Shown one piece after another: positions 27,531-48,200 of a stretch of 64,000 nt of DNA. Positions within the stretch are counted from its first letter, which is position 1. Each line of letters begins with the position of its first letter. Made by a program: the position numbers and the translations under genes. Below the pieces are notes generated by a model. The model ran no database searches. It worked only from the letters and a program-made list of their open reading frames with translations, and was not told the DNA's origin. The DNA comes from Octopus vulgaris (taxonomy: Eukaryota), in the NCBI GenBank assembly GCA_951406725.2, contig OX597815.1, positions 192,572,001-192,636,000 on the forward strand, in the 5' to 3' direction.

Positions 27531-28700
27531 CATGGCTATATGGTTAAGCAGCTAGCTTTCTAAAATTGTTGTTTTGGTTTCAGTCCCACAGTATGACATT
27601 GGACATGCGTTGTGAGTGGATTTGGTAGAAGGGCATCATGTGTGTGTATTTGTGTGTGTGTGTGTTTGTGAGAATATGTGTGTGATCGTTCCTCATTCTA
27701 CTTGACAACAGGTGTTGGTTTATTTACATCCATGCAACTTAGCAGTTCAGCAAAAATAGACCAATAGAATAAGTAGTAGAGTCGATTTGTTTGATTAAAA
27801 CACTTGAATATAAATACCCACCAGCATGGCTGCAGTCCAATGAGTGAAACAAACGAAAAGATTAGAAAAGTGTAAAAAAAAATATTGTCACCTTCATCAA
27901 TGCTTCAATAATCAGGAACAAGAAATTCAGAGTAATGATGCCATAGGATTCAGGTTCAAGCACTTTGTACTTATGACTTCATTTGTAAACAAAAACACCC
28001 ACCAAATATAACGAGCTATAATTAAAACCATTCTCAAGTGCAATTTCAATGCCAGTCCAAGTTATAACAACAATTCTTATTTTCTTTTTTCTTAAATTTT
28101 CTTTTGTTTTCTGTTTTTTTTTTTTTAAAGACAAAAACTTATTTATTCATAATAGTGCTTACAGGCCAACAAAATAACAAAGCAAAATTTGAAATTCTCC
28201 CTCGCTCACTCTCTTTCTCTCTGACTCTCTCTCCCTTTCATTCTTACTCCCTCTATTTCTCTCTCTCATATTATTTTAGTCATTCTGTTTGTTAAAAAGA
28301 GAAAAAAAATATATAAAAATGAAATGTATAGTTAGAATAACTTTTCTTCTTCCTCCATGACAAGGGATCAAACTTCTCTAAGTGAGATATATATTCTCAT
28401 CTAAAGCTAAGATATAAATGATAGGTAAATAAATAAGTAAATAAATATATAAATAAATAAATAAACAATAATAATAATAACAATCCTTTCAACTATAGGA
28501 ACAAAACCTAAAATTTTTAAGGAACAGGACTAACCAATTATATTGACTCCAGTGCATGACTGGTATTCATTTTATCAACCCCTGGAAAGATAAAAAGGCA
28601 AAGTCGACCTTGGTGGAACTTGAACTCAGAATGTAAAGACAGATGAAATGCCACTAAGCATTTTGCCCAGTGTGCCAAAAATTCTGCCAGCTTGCCACCT

Positions 28701-28762
<62 letters not shown>

Positions 28763-29032
28763 TTAATAATAATGATAATAATGATGATGATAATAATCAT
28801 CCTTTCTGCTATAGGCACAAAGTTTAAAATTTTGGGAGGTGGGGGTAGTCGATTACATTGACCCCAGTGCGTAACTGGTACTTATTTCATCGACCCTGAA
28901 AGGATGAAAGACAAAGTTGACCTCAGCAGAATTTGAACTCAGAATATAAGGACAGACAAAATGCCACCTAAGTATTTCCCCCAGCATACTAATGATTCTG
29001 CCAGCTCACTGCCTTACATAATAATAATGATG

Positions 29033-29078
<46 letters not shown>

Positions 29079-29385
29079 TAATAATAAAATAATAATGATA
29101 ATAATAAAATAATAATAATAATAATAACAATAATAATGATTTCAAATTTTGGCACAAGGCCAGCAAGTATGAGGACGGGGTGGGGTGGGGTGGGAGTGGG
29201 TGAATGGGGGTCTAATTGATTACATCAGCCCGAATGCTCATCTGGTATTTATTTTTATCGACCCAGAAAGGATGAAATGCAAGGCTGACCTCAGCAGAAA
29301 TTTGAGCACATTTAAAATACTGCTGAGCCTTTTGTCGTACATGCTACCATGATACGACCAGCTAACTGCCTTAATAGTAAAAATG

Positions 29386-29432
<47 letters not shown>

Positions 29433-29800
29433 AAATTTGCAGTGAAATTAAACAGAAGCCTACAGTCAGAATCATGAGGAAATTCACAGAAACTTTTTAA
29501 ATGTTATTTGAGGCACTGAGTAATCAAGTTCACTGGAAATTAAAATGTTAGATATCTTGCAAAGAGGATCACACTGATGATCTACAGATAAATTGTGTAA
29601 GTAAAATTATGTAATTTATTGATAGTGAAACAATTGTTTGTGATTAATCTATATTTTTGTTATTTTTCATTTGTCTTGCTCGCTTACGTTTCTGGTGTGC
29701 TAAATTTTCTGGAGAACCATTCTTAGTGGTTGAGACCATAGCAGATCTTCTTCTAGCATAAGGGTTTCCACATAGTGGTTAAAAAACTCCCTCTTATATT

Positions 29801-29892
<92 letters not shown>

Positions 29893-32250
29893 TGTAGTTC
29901 AGACAAAAAACATAACTTTGGTTTCTCAACAGTTTTGTTATTTAGCTCTAGGTTGGCCCTTACCCTGAACACCTATTATCAAAGGTGTTCCAGATATGTC
30001 AATCACATCTTAGATTTAAGAATGTTATAACTGGATGATGTTATTATCTAATGTATTTTTCTTATGATGGTAGGGTCTGCTATGAGGGATATTTTCACTG
30101 TTTTTAGCAAGTTGAGCAACCACTAAGAGAAATAAAACATGAAAAGCAGATTCTTCAAGGGAAATTCTGGAAAAAAAGTCTTCAGATGATTTATAATGGA
30201 AAAATTTAGTGTTAGCCCTATGGTTTAATTTTTGTCTCAAAGTTTTTAGCTTGTTTTTGTACAAGGCCCCTAATATGAGTTGTGAGTACAAGTAATTAGG
30301 TTGACATCTGCATTTGACAGATATTCTGTCAACCTTGGAAGGATGAAAGGCAAAGCTGATTTACCAAGATTTAACTCAGAGTGTAGAGTAAATTGCAATA
30401 ATAAATTCAACTCAGTTTCACTCTAAATTTTCAATTGATTTAAGAATGCTGTCATCAATGATTATTGATTTTCCAGCTGTAAAAATCAGGCAATTCATAT
30501 TGGTCTCAAATTTTGGCACAAGGCCAGTAATTACAAGGTAGGGGGCTAAGTAAATTACATTGACCCCAGTGCTCAATTGATCCTCGTTTTATTTACCCCC
30601 ACCAAAAAAAAAAAAAAAAAAAAAAAAAAAATGAAGGCAAAGTCGACCTTGGTGGAATTTGAACTCAGAACAAAGACAAATGAAATATCACTAAGCATTT
30701 TGCCTGGCAGGTTAACAATTCTGCCAGTTTGCTGTCTTTAACAGATCTGACATTACTTTCAAATTTTAGCACAAGGCCAGCAATTTTGAGGGAAGGAGAA
30801 ATTGATTACATCAACTCCAGTACTCAACTGGTACTTATTTTAATGACCCCTAAATGGATAAAAGGCAAAGTCAACCTCTGTGGAATTTGAACTCAGAATG
30901 CAAAGATGGATGGAATGCCGCTAAGCATTTTGTTAGGCATGCCTAGGATTCTGCCAGCTTGCTGTCTTTAACAGAGTTAATATTAATTTTTAATATAGCC
31001 AAAAGGCCACAAATTTTAGGAGATTTATAGTCAAACTACATCATTACCAGTGGAGTTTAAGGTACTTGATATTATTAACCCCTAGAAGGATGAAAGGCAA
31101 AGTTGACCCTCGCAAGGATTGAAAACATAAAATAAAGCACCATATCCCATATATACCCCTGCTTGCATTTTCGCAATGTGAAACCTGCTCCTACTTATTT
31201 GGACATGAACTTGCCGGGAAACATCTGAGTGATCATATGAAATGTTCAGTAGGGAGTCGACACCCACAGCTAACTGTTGCACATTGTCCTTCTCTTCCCG
31301 ATTGTGAAAGCTTACCGTAATGTTTAATCTAAATACAGTGAAATTTTAAGAATTAATTTTTTTAAGGGCACATATTCTTTATTACTCTAGGCACAAGGTC
31401 TGAAATATTTTGGCGAGAGGGCCAGTTGATTAGGTCACCCCCCCCCCCAGTACACAACTGGTACTTAATTTATCGATCCCAAAAGGATGAAAGGCAAAGT
31501 CGACCATAGCAGAATTTGAACTCAGAACATAAAGACAGACGAAAAACCACTAAGCATTTCGTCCAGCATGCTAACATTTTTGCCAGCTTGCCGCCTTTGG
31601 GTTAACAGTGCAAGGAATTTTGTCCTCATGCTCAAACAATTTCACCAATCTACAGACATTTTAATAGTTATAAGATTAGCAAGAACTCTAATGCCTTTAC
31701 CAAATTAAGAACAGTGAGTATTCTCAAATAGCTCTATTTCTGGTATGGAGTTCCACCAGAAATTCTACCCTTGAAAAGCAATATTTTTTTATATTATCAT
31801 CATCATCATCATTTAACCTTTACTTTTCCATGCTTGCATGGGTTTGATGGTATCTGTTGAGGTCCTTATGGCTGCATGATCTTACTCTCACCAACCCTCA
31901 CCTGTTTCTAAGCATGTTAATATTGTCTATGGGCGAACATGTTTTCCATGGAAAACTGGAAACGAATAACATCGTTTGTTGATGGTGAGGCTCGTCTACA
32001 TTTATCATATGATGTCTTGACAAAGGTACACACACATACATGCATATATATACATGTATATGTATACCTATATCTATATAGGTATATATATATATATATT
32101 TATTTATTTCTATTTTTTATTTTTATTTTATCTAGTTTCAGCTCACGAGCTGTGGCCATGCTGGGGCACCGCCATTTGGTGTTGTTACATGATTTTACTT
32201 CACGAATGCTTTTTAGCAATTGCCACTTGGTGCATGAGAGAGTTCGAGGC

Positions 32251-32283
<33 letters not shown>

Positions 32284-32438
32284 TGTATAGATACTAATTA
32301 TATACTATTTACTTATTATTTAGTACTTTATTTAGTTCTAGGTAAATGTTTTATCGTATCTTTAATTTTTTTCTATATGGTATGATTTAAGTATATCATT
32401 GTTGAATTGCTACATGGTGGTTCTTCTCTAATTTATAT

Positions 32439-32550
<112 letters not shown>

Positions 32551-33013
32551 CATATATATATGTATGATATCTATTCATACATATTCACACACATATATAC
32601 ACACACACGCACATGTGTGTGTGTGTGTGTTAAAATAATATTAGTATAGAATATTTTGAACATTCTAAATATATTATGCACTTTAACTTCCTAGAAATTA
32701 TATATCTAATAATATATCTTATAATAATAACCCAAAATATTGTGCTGCCAAGTACTGCCCACTTCCTTAGAAAAATCCTATCAGTTTAAATGTTTGTATT
32801 GTATTATGTGGAGGTATTTTGCTAATACCCTCCCCACTTCCCCTTTCAGTTATATTTCAACATCTGTTCACCTTCATTTGCCCTAGGGTGCTGGCTGTGT
32901 TCTGGCAAGTGATTGCATCAAAATATGCAGATTAAAAGTAAACAGCAGTGACAATAAAAATAATAATAATAATAATAATAACAATAATAATAATGATAAT
33001 AATAATAATAATG

Positions 33014-33066
<53 letters not shown>

Positions 33067-33394
33067 CCTTTCTACTGTAGGCAAAAGGCCATAAAATTTT
33101 TGGTGGGGTGGAAGTTGATCACAGTGACCCCAGTACTTGACTGGTACTTTATTTATTGACCCCGAAAGGATGAAAGGCAAAGTTGACCTTGGTGGAATTT
33201 GATCTCAGAACGTAGTGACAAGGAAAATACTGCTAAGCATTTCGACCAGCACGCTAACGATTCTGCCAGCTCGCTGCCTTAAATAATAAATAAATGTTCC
33301 TTCTCGATCCATGCCAGGCTCATAAGGGCCGGTTTCCCGGTTTCAGTGGCGTAGAAATTTCCCACCTGGATGGGACAATGGCCCGTCGCAGGAT

Positions 33395-33626
33395 TTCATC
33401 TCAATTGAAGGAGAGGAGCTTTCTCCGCCCGAGTTGCGGATCCGTGGAATAAGCTGCCGGAAGAGATAGTGAAGATGCCGATGACCGCTCGGTTCAAAGT
33501 CTCCCTTGACCAGAAATAGCCTGAACTCTTTGCATGAACACCACCCTGTACATAACTCCATGTCCCCCTACATGGCCTTGCATTTTGCTTTTTGAGCCAA
33601 AAAATTAACTTAACTTAACTAACTTA
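33395..33626 (+). mobile_element. CR1-clade LINE 3' fragment with (TAACT)n tail inserted in a SINE E copy
   Basis: FSARVADPWNKLPEEIVK....RFKVSLDQK matches the CR1 C-terminal FS.RV...WN.LP....FK..LD motif; short tandem tail. Confidence 0.75.
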
Positions 33627-34170
33627 CTCATTTTTGCCAACTGAGTGGACTGGAGCAATGTTAAATGAAGTGTTTTTCTCAAGAACACAACACATCGCCT
33701 GGTCCAGGAATCGAAACCACAACCTTACAATTATGAGTTCTACACCCAAACCACTAAGCCATGCACCTCTACTAACAATAATAATAATAATCATAATAAT
33801 AATCCTTTCTACTATGGTCACAAGGCCAAGGAAAGGGTGAGTTTATGTCATTGATCTCAGTATCTGACTGGTATCATTTCATCAACCTTCGGAAGAAAGA
33901 ATGGCAAAAACCAGCCTCAGTAAATATTAATGATGACTGTACATAGGCACAAGCACAAGTAACTGATTCGATTGACTCTAAGATTTGAGACCCCAGCACT
34001 TGATTAGTACTTTATCAAGGTTGGAAGGCTGAAAGGTAAAGTTGATCTCAACAAGATTTAAGCTCAGAAACTAAAGAGATTTAACTATATACTGAAAAAC
34101 ATTGTTTAGCATTAACTTCATTTCACCTACCTCTAGAAGGATGAAAGGACAATTCTACCAATTCAAAGCC

Positions 34171-34204
<34 letters not shown>

Positions 34205-34206
<2 letters not shown>

Positions 34207-34767
34207 GCCCTGATGCAGTACCAGGCAGTGGCTCCCGTGGCTTTTGATCTTAACTGATTGGAAGTGTTATCATGCACATTGTTTTGTCTTGGTATAAAAG
34301 ATGGGCTACAGCAAATATTCTGCTCAATACCACAGATTTGCTTGTCAGTTGTTTGACCTTAACCAAATGAACATGTCCCTTGGTGGCTGACGATATGTGC
34401 ATTTCTGATCATGAGCAGAAGTAGTGGGGGAGCATCATAGCCGTATGTTGAGAGGGATTCTTTGGGGTATGGATAATTCACCTTTGGAAACATAGGTGGT
34501 TCATTCAACATCCTTAAACAACCCTTATTCAGGGACATTTTGTGCGGGATGGGTTTCTTGACCAGAAGCTAAAATTTCTAACTGGGCCCCACCTGCAAGG
34601 TCATGTTTTGTTTATCTTGATATGAGATCACAATGTTGCGCACATATGGTTGTGATGCATGTGCCTAGTGTACCCTTATCAGACGGGTAGTCATGATGGG
34701 TATACTGGGCTTTGTATATTTTACCCCAGTGTCACTTTGATGGCATGCACTGCTCTCTCACTCAACG

Positions 34768-34768
<1 letters not shown>
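34205..34768. mobile_element. ~560-bp non-coding element inserted within a pure (AAT)n tract
   Basis: Balanced-composition block flanked on both sides by (AAT)n; no tRNA head, TIR or ORF recognised. Confidence 0.55.
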
Positions 34769-34807
<39 letters not shown>

Positions 34808-35294
34808 TACTTTCTTCTATAAGCACAAGACCTGACATTCAGTGGGAGGAGACTAGTTAATAACTAGTGTTTATTTTTACTGACCCCAAAAGGATGAAAG
34901 GCAAAGTCAACCTTGCCGGTATTTGAACTCAGAACGTGATGACATGTGAAATGCTACTAAGCATTTTGCCTGGTGTACTAACAATTCTGCCAGTTCACCA
35001 CCTTAATGATAATGATGATGATGACGACGATGGTGATGATGATAATAATGATAATAATAATAATAATAAAAATAATAATAATAATCCTTTCTACTGGAGG
35101 CACAAGGTCTGAAGTTGTTGGGAAGGGGACTAGTTGATTACATCGACCCCAGTGTTTTACTGGTACTTAATTTATCGACCCCCAAAAGGATGAAAGGCAA
35201 GGTCGACTTCGGCGGAATTTTAATTCAGAGTATAAGGACAGACGAAATACCGCTAAGCTTTTCACCCAGCATGCTAGCCTGTCAACTTGCTGCC

Positions 35295-35342
<48 letters not shown>

Positions 35343-35964
35343 GTATTAATAATATTGGCTTCAAATTTTGCCACAAGGGTAGCCATTTTGGGAGAGGGGA
35401 GGAGTTGATTACATCAATCCCGAGTATTTCACTGGTACCTAATTTATTGATTCCGAAAGGATGAAAGGCAAAGTCAACCTCGGCGGAATTTGAACTCAAA
35501 ACATAGCGACAGGCAAAATACCATTAAGCATTGTGCTAACTCACCACCTTAATAATAATAATAAATGTTCCTAGTCTAGAGACAAGAGCTGAAATTTGGG
35601 GAAAGCTGTTAGCCAATGCCATCTGTTCCAGTGTTTGAAAAGAACTTTGTTTTACTGGCCCTGAAAAGGCGAAAGGCAATGTTGATCTCAGTGAGATTTT
35701 GAACTCAGATTGTAAAGAGATGGGGCAAAAAAAAAAAAAATACTGTACTCTAATGATTTCAGCCAATCCAACAGTCCAGTATTCTCTTTAATGATGATGA
35801 TGATGATGATGGTGATGATGTCTAACATTGGCATAGGGCCAGAAACTTAGCGAGAGAGGAATGATTGAGTACACTGCACCCCCTCCCACCTAACAGGGGT
35901 GGGTGTGGGGACGAGCTTTAAACTAGAAAGCAATAATAAATAGTAAAAAAGAAACTAAAAAATG

Positions 35965-36313
35965 CTATATATATATATTTGTTTTGCAAGATTTTTGATA
36001 TATTTAAATATATATGTACATATACACATATATGCATATATATATATATATATTGTTATATTTCGGAATGGTCATTTTGCCAGTTTAGCCAATAAAAACA
36101 CACGCACTATATATTTGGTGTTACTTTGCTTCAGTGTTATTTATTTTTTACATTAATCTTAATCTTATTTTGGCCTGAGTTCTTTCGTCACTTCTGTGAC
36201 CGCATCAGTGGTCCTTTGTTTTCTTCTTTCTTATTGGCTAAACTGGCAAAATGACCATTCCGAAATATAACAATATCTGTTTCGACACACGACTTCACAT
36301 AAAAAAATCTTGC

Positions 36314-36330
<17 letters not shown>
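35965..36330 (-). mobile_element. Penelope-like inverted-repeat element in (TA)n with hammerhead-like motif at 36172-36213
   Basis: 36050-36095 is the reverse complement of 36231-36276; minus-strand ctgatgcg-gtcac(agaa)gtgac-gaaagaactc-aggcc. Confidence 0.6.
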
Positions 36331-36358
<28 letters not shown>

Positions 36359-36419
36359 GTATATATATGCGTGTGTATATGTAAATAAATAAATATATAT
36401 ATATATTTCATTTTTTCAA

Positions 36420-44021
<7,602 letters not shown>

Positions 44022-44152
44022 CTACCTCTGGATCTGTTGAATCTGCTGTATTTTCATTTTCTTGGCGAATTTCGCATTGGCAGAAGTTATTTTTGACCAC
44101 ATAGCGTCTTTGATTGCACTTTTGAGGGTGGTGGAATTCACTTGGCAGTATG
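44022..44152 (-). CDS. Terminal coding exon completing the BEN domain (S-YCQVNSTTLKSAIKDAMWSKITSANAKFAKKMKIQQIQQIQR*)
   Basis: Long polypyrimidine tract then ctacaccag|CA. Phase 1 joins T from the previous exon to give TCA and NSIISYCQ (compare NAC1 HAVKYYCQ). TAG at 44022-44024. Confidence 0.88.
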
Positions 44153-46206
44153 CTGGTGTAGAAAGAGAAAGAAAGAGAGATATAAGGAAAATAGGGAAAA
44201 GAAAAGAAAAGAAAAGAAATACAAACTGGGACAAGAACACAAAACATTTAGAAGACGATACAAAAAACACGAACGGGACATTCGAAGCCTTCAATCTTCA
44301 GTCAAGAACCGGATCATCCTCGCAATTTCGGCTGATATATGTATATGTTTGTGTGTGTGTGTTTGTCCCTACCAACATCAATTGACAATCGATGCTGGTG
44401 TTTTTACATCCCCATAGCTTAGCGGTTCAGCAAAAGAGACCAATAGAATAAGTACTAGGCTTACAAAGAATAAGTCTTGGGGTTGATTTGCTCGACTAAA
44501 GACGGTGCTCCAGCATGGCGACAGTCAAATGATTGAAACATGTAAAAGAGTAAAATATTAATTGGTGATTATAAAAAGTAATTAATTAATTGCAGACCAT
44601 ATTGGCTTAAAGTGTTTTGGTGAAGCGGGTAAACTGATTACAGCAACCCCTATGATCGTCAACTGGTACTTATTTTATCAACCGAAATGGTGCTTATAAA
44701 GTACAATATGGTGGCCCATATTGGTTTCAAATTCTGGCACTAGGCCAGCAGTTTCAAGGAAGGGGTTAAGTCAATTACATTTACCCCAGTCCTCAATGGG
44801 TTCTTATTTTATTGACCCTGAAAAGATAAAGGATAAAGTCAACCTCAGTTGAATTTGAATTCAGAATATAGAGACAATTTAAATATTGCTAAACATTCTG
44901 CCAGTTTGTGGCCTTAAAATTGCAGCCCATATTAGCATTTCAGGAAGGTCTGTGAATTAACAGAAACAAAAAAAAAAAGCACCCACTACACTCTCAGAGT
45001 GGTTGGCGTTATGAAGGGCATCCAGCTGTAGAAACACTGCCAGATCAGACTGGAGCCTGGTGCAGCCTCCTGGCTTCCCAGACCCCGGTCGAACTGTCCA
45101 GCTCATGCTAGCATGGAAAATGGACGTTAAACGATGATGATGATGATGATGAATACTTTGTGGTATTTAGTTATGACACTTCACATTCTGGGTTCAAGTT
45201 ATACTGAGGTTAGCTTTGCCTTTTTTTGTCCCAAGGTTTAATGAATTAATTACTAGTCAATTATAAGGTTAATGTAATCAATTGCATCCTGGTCCCAGAA
45301 TTGTGGCCTTCATCCAAAGTTAAACTAGCATTCAGACGAAGAGCCAAGAATTTTAAATAACCAAAACTGACATTCTGTCAGTTACGATGATGTATGTTCC
45401 AGTTGATCTGATCAATGGAACAGGCTGTTCGCGAGATTGGTGTGCAAGTGGTTGAGCACTCCACAAACACATGTACCCTTAACATAGTTCTCAGGGAGAT
45501 TCAGTGTGACACTGAATGTGACAAGGCTGGCCCTTTGAAATACAGGTACAACTCATTTTTGCCAGATGAGTGAACTGGAGCAACAAGAAATAAAGTGTCT
45601 TGTTCTAGGACACGATGAGCCAATGGGTATGAAACTCTCAACCTAATGATCATTAACCAAATACCCTATTCACTAAGCCACACATCTTGTGTGTATACAT
45701 TAAGTATGATGCATAGATGGCTATTTTTGTTTTGGCTAATACTGCTTCAGTTGCAATATATATCAAATTTCTGTTCAGCCGGACAGTTACTCACAATGTC
45801 AGTGAATATTTTAATCACACTTCCTAAATCAGAGATGATGAATTCTCACCTGAGCATCAAGGTGGCCATGAGCATGTGCCACTGAGAAGGTCCAAAAAGA
45901 CTAAAATGCATGTAGCATTCTCATTGGCCATTGCTGAGATGAAGCTTTGTCTTCTGATATTTATTGTGTTTTTTAACATATCATGTCCATAAGAGATGTT
46001 ATTTTAGGACAAGCAATGCATTAACTAGCCTATTGACATTGTTTATGCATTAAGTATGATATATAGGTGGCTATTTTAATAACTGAGAATGTGACAACTT
46101 GTCTATTATGTGCCAGTGTAGATGTAAAATCATAATGATGATGTTTATATTTCTACAGTTTTGTTAGCAACCGAGATGTATTTCTTTCAAGGAACTACAT
46201 AAGTAG

Positions 46207-46241
<35 letters not shown>

Positions 46242-47554
46242 CAGTTAATTAGATTTAAGCTGTGTGTGTGTGTTTGTTTGAGATTGTGTGTGTGTTCGTG
46301 CATATGTGTGTGCATAACACATTTGTATGTTTATATATTTGTGTATGTGTGTTTGCGTATGTGTACTTGTTTATGTGTGTTTGCGTATGTGTATTTGTTT
46401 ATGTGTGTTTGCGTGTGTGTATTTGTTAATGTGTGTTTGCGTATGTGTGTTTGTGCATGTGTGATTGTGTGTGTTTGTGCATACGTGTGTGCATAACACA
46501 TTTGTATGCGTATGTATATGTGTATGTGTGTTTGTGTATGTGCGTATGTTTGTGTGATGGTTTTGTCTACTTAATACAGAGGACAAGTGAACAAGATTTC
46601 ATTTAAAATGTAGAGATTACTAGCAGCGGACATTAATGTAACACACCAAGATGGAGAGAATATTGCTTGAGTGCGTAAACAATTGTTGGCATTGGAAAAT
46701 CTCAAGAGTCTCAGCCATAAATCATCAAAATATATAATATCCCTTGATGCCGGAATTGGTTGGGAAAAAAAAAAAAAAAAAGAGCAGAGTTCAGAGATAT
46801 TCTCCAGATTCTTAGTCATAAAACAATAAGAGATAATATCGCTCATTGATTTAGATATTCAGTGTTTGGCAAAATTACGGGGGGAAATGAGATTAGAAAG
46901 GAAGAAAGAAAGAAAGAAAGAAAGAAAAGGAGAGCGAGAGAGAGAAAGAGAGAACGAGAGAGGTAGACAGACAGACAGACAGAGAGAAGGAGCGAGAAAG
47001 AAAGAGATAGAGAGATCAGAAGCATTTACGTGAAGCAGTCTCTATGTTGTTCACTGTTCTTGCAAAAGCTAATACAACATCCCCTCACTACCAGCTTGAA
47101 ATAACCACAAATGATTTCCATTCTTATGGAATATAACATTGTAGGATTTTCCAATCAAGGCTAAAGAAAACTGCTAATTTTTTGCCTTGTTTTTCTTTCT
47201 TTTTGTCTCTGTTTTTCTTTGTCCTTTTTTCTCGTTTGTTTTTACCAGTAGCACTGCTTCCATTTTTATACAGAACTTGACAACCTGATAATAAAAGCAT
47301 TTGATTGCCAGCTGATGCAATACTATCATAATTGGAAATCTACTCTGCAGCACTTCTGCTATCGGTATCCAGTGAAACGCAGGTAAAAATCTCTAAATTG
47401 GTAGTTGCACAACTGTAGGTCACCAGGTAATACTCAGTAACCTGTTGCATTCAATGGACATCATTTAAGATTTCATTTCCTTGCACTGATTCATGTAAGA
47501 ATATACCTGACTGATTTCCCTATTGTATATTTTGTCACATACAACATATACGAT

Positions 47555-48200
47555 TTAAGAGTGGCACGTAAAATGCATCATCCGAACGTGGTCAATGCCA
47601 GTGCCCCTAGACTGGCTCCTGTGCCGGTGGCATGTAAAAAGCACCATCCAAACATGGTAGATGCCAGGTCCGCCCGACTGGCTCTCATGCCAGTGACACG
47701 TAAAAGGCAGCATCCGAATGTGGTCAATGCCAGGTCCACCTGATTGGCTCCTGTGCCGATGGCACATAAAAAAGCATCATCCGAATGTGGCCAATGCCAG
47801 TTCTTCCTGACTGGCTCCTGTGCCGGAGGGAACATAAAATGCACTATCTGAATGTGATCGATGCCAGGGCTACTTGACTGGCTTCCATGCTGGTGGCACA
47901 TAAAAAGCACCATCTGAATGTGGCCGATACTAGTGCCCCCTCACTGGCTCTCATGCTGGTGGAATGTAAAACGCACTATCTGAACATGATTGATGCCTGG
48001 CTCGCCTGACTGGCTCCTCTGCTGGTGGCACGTAAAAAGCACCCACTACACTCTCAGAGTGGTTGGCATTAGGAAGGGCATCCAGCTGTAGAAACATTGC
48101 CAGATCAGACTGAAGTCTGGTGCAGCTGCTAGCTTTCCAGACCTCACTCAAACTGTCTAACGCATGCCAGCATGGAAAACAGACGTTAAACGATGATGAA
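47555..48200 (+). mobile_element. Family D element (RTE-like tail, (TGA)n end) with ~7 internal 66-bp tandem repeats
   Basis: Units gtggcacgtaaaaagcaccatccgaa... at 47561, 47627, 47693 and onward; 3' part ggaagggcatccagctgtagaaac...cgttaaacgatgatg. Other copies at ~44975-45150, 49360-49680, 49960-50500, 50690-50860, 54450-54670, 55553-55776, 62240-62395. Confidence 0.8.

Noticed and set aside
29683-29780. Minus-strand exon ending AAAC|gtaagc, or another hammerhead (gaaacgta)
   Set aside because: Poor acceptor with an upstream stop, and the ribozyme core is too degenerate to call.
45833-45887. Box C/D snoRNA-like (atgatga...ctga...ctga) or 32-nt minus-strand cassette exon
   Set aside because: Too short, antisense to the host intron, and no terminal stem or recognisable guide; the exon reading would break the BEN frame and has no other support.
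46571-47160. Possible extra minus-strand exons inside the BEN intron
   Set aside because: No convincing acceptor/donor pair keeping the frame, and 52277 to 44152 already joins in phase.
47555-48040. Repeat-spacer appearance of the 66-bp units
   Set aside because: The apparent spacers are homologous to each other; this is a diverged minisatellite within a retroelement.
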